Positions 1 to 9,618 of a stretch of 64,000 bases of DNA are shown here, piece after piece. The notes below the pieces were generated by a model. It was not told the origin of the DNA, did no database searches, and worked only from the letters and a program-made list of their open reading frames with translations. The position numbers were made by a program, and so were the translations under genes. Position 1 is the stretch's first letter. The number at the start of each line of letters is the position of its first letter. Origin of the DNA: Amphiscolops sp. MND2022 (Eukaryota); the NCBI GenBank assembly GCA_964187785.1, contig OZ076409.1, positions 95,482,001-95,546,000 on the forward strand. The letters are read 5' to 3'.

Positions 1-3000
1 AACATTGGCAGAACTTGTGGTCGACGTGGAGGTTGGGATCTGCACATCCAATCTACTGGCATTAAACAGGTGTGGTAGATCTAGCGGTCTATTGCGGGTG
101 GCAATGGGTCGTTTCTGCTTGGCACTGAGTTTCGGGCGTAGATCAGGTCGGCCCCAGAGCCCGCAGGCTCTGGACCAGTTGTCCCTGTTTTCATGTTCTA
201 TAATTTGCCTGGAGGCTTCCCATTCGGGTCCGAGGGAATCACTCAGCAGTTCCATGACATGGTAGCAGGTCTCCGCTGGCATGTCGCTTCCCATAGTGAC
301 CCTCGCCTCTGGATTCCAAACAGGCATTGTCTGTGGAGGGATGATCAAGCCTTTTAGGCGCCCTTGGCGTTCCTCCAGGGTCCTTGACATCCACACGCCT
401 AGTTTGTAGTGATCGCGATAGGCGTACTGCTCATTAAAGCCTTTCTCAACCATGCTGATTGGCTTAGCCCGGGCATAGCCGATGGGTCCTCGCCAGTACC
501 TGGCTGGAAGCTTGATCATCTGAAAATTATACCCCTGGTTTGTGTGACCGCCCATGGCTTGTACGCATTCGGTCACGTACTTCCTGAGGTGTGCGAAACT
601 CCAATTGAATCGCTGTGGGATTCCATGGTGATCTAGGGGCGAATTGTACCAACTCACCGGGCCGTATTCGCGAGGTAAAGGGCACGCCTTCTTTGTCCGG
701 GCTTTGAGAATGCCGGCCAGGTTTTCGTCCTGCTGCGTTTCGTTCTTTATGGTGGTATACATGCGGGGTATCAGCAGGAACAGCCCGCGTTCAAGCATCT
801 GCTGATAGTTGTGCGGTTTTACATTCTTCAGAAAAGTCAGGATGGATACTGTTAGTGTCTCCGAGGCGAGTCGCAGAGGCTTGGTGGGATAGCGAAGTAT
901 CCCGGTTGGGCCAAATATCGGAGTTAGCACGGGTGCTAACATCGGTACAAGGTCTTCGACTTCAGCCAAAGTGAAATCTGCCAGCTGGTTAGGTGTCAGA
1001 AATCCAGCTACCTCGGTCACCAGCTCACGTCCGTCATATAATGGTTGGTGCTTATCTACGCCCACGAAAAGTCCCGAGGCAAAGACCAGACTGCAGTATA
1101 TCCAGTGATATAACGAAGTTATCATGCGCTCCAGGTGAGCGGGATAATCCTGAGCGTCTTTTCGTTGTAGCAGCTTGGCTAAGGCGGTGAGGCCTGAGAT
1201 ATTGCCTCGCGCAATCACTAAATATGCAAATAGCCATTCCAGATTACACTCAGTAACCAGGTCGGTCAATATCATCATTGGGCCAGCTACGAAGCGTTTC
1301 TGCCCGAAAGTGAGCATCAGTGCAAAGAGTTCGTTTACTTGCATGGTACCGATAATCTTGCTGATTTCGATCAACCAGTGCTCGTCTAAGTCGAACTCAA
1401 CTCGAATAACATCGGGACTCCAACCCAATCCCAAACAGATGGCAAATTGGTCGGTTGACATTCCAAGTTCTTTTGCAATGTCTGCTACGGTGGTATTTTG
1501 CAGCCGCTGGTACCAAGCGTCGTAGGTGCTGCTGAAGGCTTGGATTTCAGCCTGAGTCTCGCTCGTCAATTTTGCAGCAATATACCTCATTCCCACTGAT
1601 AATTGGTCAATAGTGAGGTCCTGGGCAAATTGAACTCGCGGGATGGCTCGTTCCACTTCTCGGTCGCTGGGGATTTTGCTCATTATGGCAGTGACTTCCG
1701 CAAGATCAGTTTTAATGCAAGTCTTTCCACCGGAGGAGCGCGCGCGCTCTATCCAGTTATTCAGGCGGATTGCCTCACATTCAGCCGTACTAGGTTCTGG
1801 GACTCGCCTTTCTCCGTTGTTGTTGAATACTAACAAGCCCATACGAGTGCCGTGATCAAAATAGATGGCATCATCGATTGTCAGCTGCGCGTTCCCTGTC
1901 TTTTCCACTGACTGTAGAACTTTAGACACTGAGGCAACATACCCCATGTAGGAAAGCCAGGAGGGACGAAAGTCGTTGGAGCTGATCCTCATATTGGGCG
2001 CGCAGATCGCAAAGTCTATTTCTCTACATTTGCAAATTTCTGTTACCATGTAGATAAATCTCTGCAAGGCGGGAGCCCACTGGCAGAAACCTGGGGGTGT
2101 CACAAATAAGACTGGCACGTTGAGTTTATCCTTTAGGATATGTTGGGCTTTTTCCATGGCTCGGGCCACATTCAGTGCTGCGTTGCGTACTGTTGTTCGC
2201 TGTGCTGGAGTTGGATTTATGATTTCAACGTTCGCGATCTGGGCCATTAGTCCTTCACAGGCCATGTGATCGAAAACGTTACTGATGATCACTCTGCGTG
2301 GGGGTGGCTCTTTGAAGGTCCCCGTCATCTCGGGGTCAAACATGGTGACCAACACTTCAGCCATCTCGGGGATACGTGACAGCGGTAGAGTGAAAACCAT
2401 CACGTCTGACAGCACATTGTCAATGGGGATATTTTTGAGGAAGGTCGAGTCTATAAGTAAGGCGAAGCGCGCACGCTGCAACCTTTCTTTTGGCATTGGT
2501 AGCTGGGCTTCGAGGTCACGGGCGTACCGTGGGTTGACCTCGAAGGTCTCTCCAGCATTGAGGAAGTATCGGTCAGCGAATTGCCCACGAAGGTCAATGT
2601 TGAGGGCGTCCAAGTAGTTGTCTTCTACGTTTGGCAGCATATTCATTGCCTTCCCTAGCCATGGCGGCTCATTGGTAGGGGTGTGGTCGGGGCGAATTGG
2701 ACGATTCATGAATACAGGTACATTCGCCTTCTTCAATCTCGCATGCTCTTCGTCATTCGGAGGACACATGTTCTTTTCAAACAGCCATTCGGGTGATACA
2801 ATAACTGCCGATTCCCAGATACGTCGGGAGTCCTTGGTGATCAGCGTGCCCTTCGTGTTTTGCATTGGACTCAGGTACGTCGGTTGCTTTGTAAAGGTCC
2901 TCTTAATTGGGTGTTGAATTGCCTGTTTGCGGAGTGGGGTTCCAGTTGGACCACTGTTGGTTATTTTCAATCCTGGGTAATCACCCATTATGTCCTTGAC

Positions 3001-4143
3001 AGTTCGCTGAGATTCAGGGGTGCCTTGATAACCCACAGTTTGCTCCGTTTGTGGCTGTCTTGATGTAGAAGGCTTAGGAGTCGCTCGTTGAGCCAGCGAC
3101 TCGCGTGTTGTAGACTGCGTGGATGGTGGCTGCGGCAGTCCTTGTTGTTCGCCTGTTGCGTTTGGTTGTGGCTGGGGTGAGGGAAGCACGGATGCTTCCG
3201 ACACTTTTGATTTTGTTTGGTTTGGCGTTTTGGAGGTTGTGGCCTTCTCGTTGGAGATCTTTTTGTCGGGTGGTGGCTTGCTCGAGGGGCTGTCACGGGC
3301 AGTTAGTGGTTGTTGAGCACTCTTTTTTGTTGGAGAAGGGTCATTGCGTTTTCTGGAGGCAGGGCGGCTCTCTCCTCCCCCCTTTTGAGAAGAGCGGGAA
3401 GGCGTACGACTGCGCTCTACAGTCACGGTGCGGGAGTGTCCTGGCTGTTCAGACTGAGGATTGACGTGAGGAATAGTGATGGCATCTTGACTTGTTTGGG
3501 TCGAAGTGACATTTTCGTTGCGAATAGTGACAGTGGGCAGAGCAATTCAGCGTAGTTCAGGCCAACACTGCTCCATGGATCGCATGAAATCAGCGTAATT
3601 AGGGTTGATAGCTACTGCTTGCAGTGCTGAGATAACTGCTTGTTCTGCCATTGGTTGATTGGGCAAGTTAGGTACTGTAGGAGCAGAAGTGCGCGCACGC
3701 ACTACTGTTTGTGGTGTTGATGCAGGACGTGGCGGTGGAGGTGGAGGCGGGCAAGAAGGGATCTGTAGAGATCTGGTCTGATGGACTCCGCCATTTGCAG
3801 GACTGTATGAGATCGCTGCACGATCATCCGTAAAGTGATGTGTGAGATCATGGCCGTGCCACACTCCATCTTGATATGTCATGGATCGTTGGAACCCAGG
3901 AAAGCCTGAAGTAATAGATATCGTCAGCATAGGGGCTTGCACTTGTGACTCCATCTGGGCTATGATTGCCGCCACCCCGGCAACTGTAGCTGGCGACAGA
4001 CCTTGGTCGAGTCTGTCTCGAATAAAAGCAATTTGTGGGGTACGCTGGACACGCGCAGTGTCGTAAACGCGTTGCCCCAAGGCAGGAGAGTCATCTGAAG
4101 ACCTTGGAGGGACGTTGTTGCTTTCATCGTTCCCTTGGTTCAT
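1..4143 (-). CDS. Extra ORF3 of the giant Gypsy element, at least 1,381 codons with one in-frame TGA at 3547-3549; SGNH-hydrolase-like domain at ~1906-2469; runs off the window
   Basis: I checked every triplet: the - frame ending at position 1 has no stop from 3546 to 1 (1,182 codons) and is in frame with the listed 198-aa ORF 3547..4143. The ORF track omits it, presumably because its stop lies outside the window. Confidence 0.9.
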
Positions 4144-7100
4144 GACGGACTTCTATCGCCTCTAAGCGCTCGAGTAACGTTTTCAAATGATCAAGACATC
4201 CAAAGAGAATATCAGCGAGCATAGGGCAGCGAGGTGTAGCTCGTGTGATTAAAAGGTGGATAGTCTGAGGATGGCCGTCTATCAAAGATGTGGGTAGCGT
4301 CACAATATTGCCGACCTCCGGTCGAAGTTGAAAGATTGCATCTGCACCATGCTCACGAATGACGTAACGAAGAGCGGCAGAATTAGTCTCTAGGTTTGCG
4401 GGACAACATAAAACAATGTGATGGGGAGTCTGCAGGAAGTCCGTATTGGCATACTGCACATAGTCAACCAATTGAGGTCTCACGGCTCCATGGTATACTA
4501 ACTCTCGTCCGGGGTCTTTGGAGAGAGCATCGTCACATGTGTTCGGAAGGAGGCCTTTAATGGCGCCCAAGTCTTGCCACACAGATCGCGGCAACGATTG
4601 ATTATCAATGTTAGCCCTGGACCATGTATCCAGTGCGTGCAGGGCTGATTGGAGTGATACAGGACTAGGAAATGAGTGTGTCCATTCGTCCAGGAATCGG
4701 ATTCGTGAAAAGTTCGATAAGACTGCTATGATAAGTTCCAGCCACCATTCAAACTTAATTTTACCACGATATAGGTCTATGGTGTGGAAACAAGTGATTC
4801 TATCAGGAGAGGCCATCGTCCGCAAACTCTCCAGACAGGTGTTCAAGTTAGTGGGATAAACCAGGTCGGATACTTGTTTGGCCGTAATTAGTAGCCACCA
4901 GTTGCTTGTAGGCTGATAAACGTCTCCTGGTTTTGCGGTGACGTTATACTTGTCATATAAGAGGTCAGCAGGAATACAGCGTACCATTTGGATAGGCTCT
5001 CGTTCATAGTTGAAAGGACCAAAAGCAATATTTGTAGGCAAAGGGGGAACAGTGATAGGTAAAGTGAATTCCAAACCAATAAGATCATAGGTCCACTCCT
5101 TGAACCTTGGGCACGGGGCCTTTGCTATCGTAGAATCTTTCATTTTGGATAGGATATAGTCCACAGGATATGGAGTGTCGCTGCGTTGTAGCCCAGTATA
5201 GGTCTTCTCGGCTCGAATAACCAAACGGTCAACCGTGCCGCTTGGAAGCGATTTCTCCTGTTCACGTGCTAGCAGGACTCCCTGGGATTTAATTGGGAAG
5301 CCCGCGTGGACCATGTAGTTACATTCGCAGTCTCGTAGGCCACATGTTCCGCAACGATATCTGGGAATACGATTGCGTCGCTGGCCATAGCGAGCGTTGG
5401 TTGATTCTGACGGTGCTGCTTGATCTGAGGTAACCGCTGCGCTAGGGGCAGAAGAGTCAGTGTCCACAGATGGAGTGCGACGAACACGGGTAGAGATGTT
5501 AGGTCTGGCCTGTGTTGTACGAGGAGGTCTTCCTCTGGGACGGCCTCTTTTGCGAGCACCTCTAATAGCACCTCTCTGTTGGTGGCCACGTGGCAGCGAG
5601 GCTCGCGGCCTCGCTCTGCCTGGCGGACGTCCCTGCGGTCCACGCCCTCTAGGAGCATTGGAGAGTTTCGTGGTAGTAGCTGCGTTGTTGTTGGTGGGAA
5701 CTGTCGCAGGGGGAATAGATCCCTTTTCGTCATTGGTCACTGGTGTTTCAGCACCGTTGTCGTCTAAGGTTGGGTCGAGAACATTGTCATCGATTGGGGG
5801 CCAAATGGGAAAGTTACTCAACATATCCGTAAGAGATGGATTTGTCAATAATGGGGCGGATGTACCGGTCAGAGAGGTGCCGGCACTTTCGGTGGGTGCG
5901 TGGATAGTAGGATTCGGGGCGATGTCCAAGACGTCGGGCACTGCTTCATTCTCTGAGAATAGAGCCTCCATAGCAGGCAGTGGTGATATTGGTATTTCGG
6001 GAATAGGCGCAGGTTCATCCACATGTGATGACAAGATAGCACTCTCATCGGGATTAGCCTGAACACTCGACAGGAGTACATCAGAACGTTCGTCGTCAGA
6101 CTCAGTCGAAGAATAGTCAAATTGTTGATAATGTAGGCGGCTGCCACCTGCGCGCATGCGTGTGCGCAACCGTGTGTCCATCCAATGTCTTTGTCGAGAA
6201 GGCAAAGAGGCATTACTGGCTTCTGAAATTGGTTCCTCCGCACGATAAGAAGGTTGCGAAGCATCGTCTCTCACTTCCTCGTGGGATTGTTCTGGGTCAG
6301 GGTCCATGATGATAGCAACCTCGCCGTTATGCGCAGGAACAGCTGCCCATTCTGTTGGACCACCATGGTGCGGTTTCAATCGTTCGAAATGTACTTTCTG
6401 ACCAGTGTCGAGTATGTAGACGCGTCCCTCTTGTAGCACTCGTGCTACTTTGTGAGGACCACGCCATGCTCTCATCAATTTAGGAGATCCTTTTTGAGGA
6501 ATGTATCGGCAGAATACCCAAACAAGTTCGCCCACTTCATAGGCTTTAGCACGAATTGCTCGGTCGTACTTCAACTTTTGTCGCTGCTGGGCTTGATGCG
6601 TGTTACGACGGACTAAGTCATGAATCTCTTGCTGTCGAGCCAGCACATGTTCCACATAGGCTTCGTGTGATTCGAATGACTGAGTTGCAAATTCGGGATA
6701 CAAGAAAGTCAGGGGTATAGCTTTTTCCATGCCTCTAGTCAGCATATACGGGGAGAACCCAGTAGTGGCATGACGTGTGGAGTTGTATGCACCCATGACT
6801 TCATCTAAATACTGGTCCCAATCACGCATTCGTCTAGAGCAGAATACACGCAGTAGGGTGAGTAACGTTCGGTTTTGTCGCTCTACTAACCCTTGAGTCC
6901 TGGGGTGGCCAGCAGTTGAGGTTACTTTGGTCACTTGGGCGGCTTTCATAAACTCAGCAGATACTGCCGCGGTGAAGTTGGGAGCATTGTCTGACTGCAT
7001 TCTCGTCGGCGTTCCATGGCGGGCAAACCATTTCTGCAACAACAATTTTGAAGTGGTCGCTGCATCATACTCATCGTGGTTGCACGGTACAGCTTCTGCG

Positions 7101-7882
7101 AGCTTAGAGAAATGATCGATAATAACCAAGATCCCTGTGTTACCATCATCAGAGGGACAAATTTTCATGTGGTCATATTGGACTAGCTCGTTAAAATAGC
7201 CGCTTTGGATATTTTTCAAGCGAAAGCGTACATCACCAGGCTTGTCACGTACTTGTTGACAAGTGATACATTGGCTGACGTATTGTCCAATGGTGCGGCG
7301 GATGCCTGGCCAAGTGTGGCGCTCTTGAATTCTGGCCAAGACTTTCGCGATGCCCTGATGTCCCATCGCGTCGTGGGCCTTGAACAATATCTCATGCTGA
7401 TACAATTGGGGCATCACTATCATGCAGGGGCGTTCATGCAAAGCTCTTTGACTTTTGGAGTACTTTACACACAAAACCCCGTTGGCGTTTATCAGTAGAA
7501 GGTTCTTCTTCTGTTTGTGGTAGTTTTTGGCAAAGGCACGTACATTTTCCGGAAAGATGTCATGATCTATTGATTCTTGCATTACCAATTTCTTGATAGC
7601 CAAGACGTGGACGTCACGGTTTTGTGCTAGTAGTAGATCTTTCAACCCATGGACTGTGTTAGCATGTTCATGCAATTCCATCGATATGCTGTTTACTACA
7701 AACGCGGCTTGTTTTACGTGCTCTGGTGCAGTGCTAGTTGCTTGCTTTTCCGTCAGTGGATAAGTGGTTCTTGTTGGTACGTTAGCAGCATGCGTGGGGA
7801 GCAAATAGTCTCGTTGATCTTCCTCGGTCAGTTCCAACCAATCCTCAGGATACTCTGGATAAAGTTCGGCAGGCAGTGCCAA
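4124..7882 (-). CDS. pol: Integrase (HHCC, DDE, GPY/F) with a ~740-aa C-terminal tail containing an AT-hook, a Cys motif and two macrodomain-like repeats
   Basis: HDAMGH...CITC zinc finger; YDH, IDHFSK, QSDNAPNF, GLVERQN core; WRGPHKV; RKRGRPRGRP; YRCGTCGLRDCEC; TARG1-like segments at ~4690-5030 and ~4150-4466. Confidence 0.93.
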   Translation of the reverse strand: MALPAELYPEYPEDWLELTEEDQRDYLLPTHAANVPTRTTYPLTEKQATSTAPEHVKQAAFVVNSISMELHEHANTVHGLKDLLLAQNRDVHVLAIKKLVMQESIDHDIFPENVRAFAKNYHKQKKNLLLINANGVLCVKYSKSQRALHERPCMIVMPQLYQHEILFKAHDAMGHQGIAKVLARIQERHTWPGIRRTIGQYVSQCITCQQVRDKPGDVRFRLKNIQSGYFNELVQYDHMKICPSDDGNTGILVIIDHFSKLAEAVPCNHDEYDAATTSKLLLQKWFARHGTPTRMQSDNAPNFTAAVSAEFMKAAQVTKVTSTAGHPRTQGLVERQNRTLLTLLRVFCSRRMRDWDQYLDEVMGAYNSTRHATTGFSPYMLTRGMEKAIPLTFLYPEFATQSFESHEAYVEHVLARQQEIHDLVRRNTHQAQQRQKLKYDRAIRAKAYEVGELVWVFCRYIPQKGSPKLMRAWRGPHKVARVLQEGRVYILDTGQKVHFERLKPHHGGPTEWAAVPAHNGEVAIIMDPDPEQSHEEVRDDASQPSYRAEEPISEASNASLPSRQRHWMDTRLRTRMRAGGSRLHYQQFDYSSTESDDERSDVLLSSVQANPDESAILSSHVDEPAPIPEIPISPLPAMEALFSENEAVPDVLDIAPNPTIHAPTESAGTSLTGTSAPLLTNPSLTDMLSNFPIWPPIDDNVLDPTLDDNGAETPVTNDEKGSIPPATVPTNNNAATTTKLSNAPRGRGPQGRPPGRARPRASLPRGHQQRGAIRGARKRGRPRGRPPRTTQARPNISTRVRRTPSVDTDSSAPSAAVTSDQAAPSESTNARYGQRRNRIPRYRCGTCGLRDCECNYMVHAGFPIKSQGVLLAREQEKSLPSGTVDRLVIRAEKTYTGLQRSDTPYPVDYILSKMKDSTIAKAPCPRFKEWTYDLIGLEFTLPITVPPLPTNIAFGPFNYEREPIQMVRCIPADLLYDKYNVTAKPGDVYQPTSNWWLLITAKQVSDLVYPTNLNTCLESLRTMASPDRITCFHTIDLYRGKIKFEWWLELIIAVLSNFSRIRFLDEWTHSFPSPVSLQSALHALDTWSRANIDNQSLPRSVWQDLGAIKGLLPNTCDDALSKDPGRELVYHGAVRPQLVDYVQYANTDFLQTPHHIVLCCPANLETNSAALRYVIREHGADAIFQLRPEVGNIVTLPTSLIDGHPQTIHLLITRATPRCPMLADILFGCLDHLKTLLERLEAIEVRHEPRER

Positions 7883-9618
7883 TTAGGTAGGGGCGCTCTC
7901 ATGGCTTCGTCGCGCATGATCGCACTTCGTTTGCTTTGTCCGCTCCTTCGCGTGGGAGCGGCAACTGTGGTTTCGGGTGAACTTTGGCTAGCCAACCTCT
8001 GCAAGTGTGCAGGCAGTTCTGGGTGATTTGGTATCACACGTCCGTGGACATCAAACCATGGGGCTAGCGGGAGTTTGTTGTATTCCTCCTGTGATAGGAA
8101 ATCCCATTTGTCTGCAATTGCGGGTAAACCCTTTAATTGCTTTTCGTGTTTTTTGTAATCATTTGTTCGTTTGCTAAGACCATCAGCATTTCGATGTTGC
8201 GTTCTGGGTCGGTGCTCAATACCGAAGTGATATTTTTCAAGAGCCATAATCCATCGACCGATAATCGCCTGATCCATCGAATATGTCTTTAGCCAGGATA
8301 GGGCCTGATTGTCGACCCTCAGTGTGAATTTTCGTGGACAGAGATAACTGTGGTTTTTCAAGATGAAATAGTATGCAGCGTACATTTCCAGTTTTGGGGC
8401 TCCATACTTTGCTTGCGTAGCGGTTAACTTTTTGCTTCCGAATACAATCGGTCGCAATTTGCGACTCTCAGGTGGTCCTTCCCATTGGTGAAGAATACCT
8501 GATATAGCTACACCACTAGCATCGGTGTCAAGAACAAATTCGCCTTCAGTGTCGGGTTGCGCCAGAGCAGTGGCTTCCATTAGTGCCACTTTTATGCTGT
8601 TAAAGGCTCGCTGCTGCTCCTCCCCCCATAAAAATGAAGAGCCTGCGCCCGTCATCGCATGTAAAGGGGCAACTAGTTTTGCATGCCATGGGATAAAATC
8701 CCGATAGTAGTTGGCAAAACCCAAGAAACTTTGCAATTCAGTTTTGGTTCGCGGGATATCCCAATCTTTCAGCTTGGCGACAGCTTTTGGATCTGGCTTG
8801 ATACCATCTGCGGATACAACTCGGCCCAAATATTTGATCTCCGATTTCATAAAATCACACTTGGAGACTCTCATTTTGAAGCCGGCCTCACGCAGGCATT
8901 GGAATACTTCGCGTAGTCTATCCATGTGATCCTCGATGGTCTCGGTAGCAATCACAATGTCATCGATATAGGCCATAACCATGCTTCCTTCGCGGTTCAC
9001 TATTCTTTGTAGCGCTCGCGCTATTGCCCGTTGAAATGTTGCTGATGCGTTACACATACCAAAAGGCATACGCCGCCACTCAAATAACCCAAGTTCACAA
9101 GCGAAGGCAGTCTTTTGACGATCGGCTTTTCGGACAGGAATTTGCCAGAATGCCCATGCCAAGTCAATACTAGTATAGATTTTGGCTTTGCCCAATCGGG
9201 ATAGACTCTCATCGATACGTGGCAAGGGATAAGCGTCTTTGATGGTCACTTCATTAAGTGGTCGAAAGTCACAACAGAATCGCAATTCACCACTCTTCTT
9301 TTTGACCATAACAATTCCACTCGCCCAAGGGGATAGGGAAGGTTGTATCATTCCCAAAGCTAGCAAGTCACGGACTTCTTGGTTAGCACGTTCTGCCTTG
9401 TCAGGCGACATTCGTCTTGCACCTTCGCGGTGGGGTATAGCCCCTGGCTCTACTTCCACCGGGTGCTTAGCGATTTTACATTTGCCAATGTCGGCTTTGA
9501 ATTTCATAAACAAATCATCAAATTCGTTCAAAAGTTTACTAAGCGTGTCGCTGGCGGTCGATCCCCACAAACCGCGCACCTCGTCGAGTTGTGCTTCCGG
9601 GCCCGGTATCGGAGCCAT
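7828..9618 (-). CDS. pol: Reverse transcriptase and RNase H
   Basis: LRFCCDFRPLN, YPLPRID, MPFGMCNASATFQ and YIDD motifs; RNase H DTDAS, LEMYA, DNQAL, NADGLS. Confidence 0.97.
   Translation of the reverse strand: MAPIPGPEAQLDEVRGLWGSTASDTLSKLLNEFDDLFMKFKADIGKCKIAKHPVEVEPGAIPHREGARRMSPDKAERANQEVRDLLALGMIQPSLSPWASGIVMVKKKSGELRFCCDFRPLNEVTIKDAYPLPRIDESLSRLGKAKIYTSIDLAWAFWQIPVRKADRQKTAFACELGLFEWRRMPFGMCNASATFQRAIARALQRIVNREGSMVMAYIDDIVIATETIEDHMDRLREVFQCLREAGFKMRVSKCDFMKSEIKYLGRVVSADGIKPDPKAVAKLKDWDIPRTKTELQSFLGFANYYRDFIPWHAKLVAPLHAMTGAGSSFLWGEEQQRAFNSIKVALMEATALAQPDTEGEFVLDTDASGVAISGILHQWEGPPESRKLRPIVFGSKKLTATQAKYGAPKLEMYAAYYFILKNHSYLCPRKFTLRVDNQALSWLKTYSMDQAIIGRWIMALEKYHFGIEHRPRTQHRNADGLSKRTNDYKKHEKQLKGLPAIADKWDFLSQEEYNKLPLAPWFDVHGRVIPNHPELPAHLQRLASQSSPETTVAAPTRRSGQSKRSAIMRDEAMRAPLPNWHCLPNFIQSILRIGWN

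Noticed and set aside
3544..3552. Programmed readthrough or selenocysteine at the ORF3 TGA
   Set aside because: The context TGA ATT is not a recognised readthrough motif and no SECIS was evident; CGA>TGA mutation is simpler.
5..3555. Many short + strand ORFs
   Set aside because: They are antisense shadows of the long - strand ORF3.
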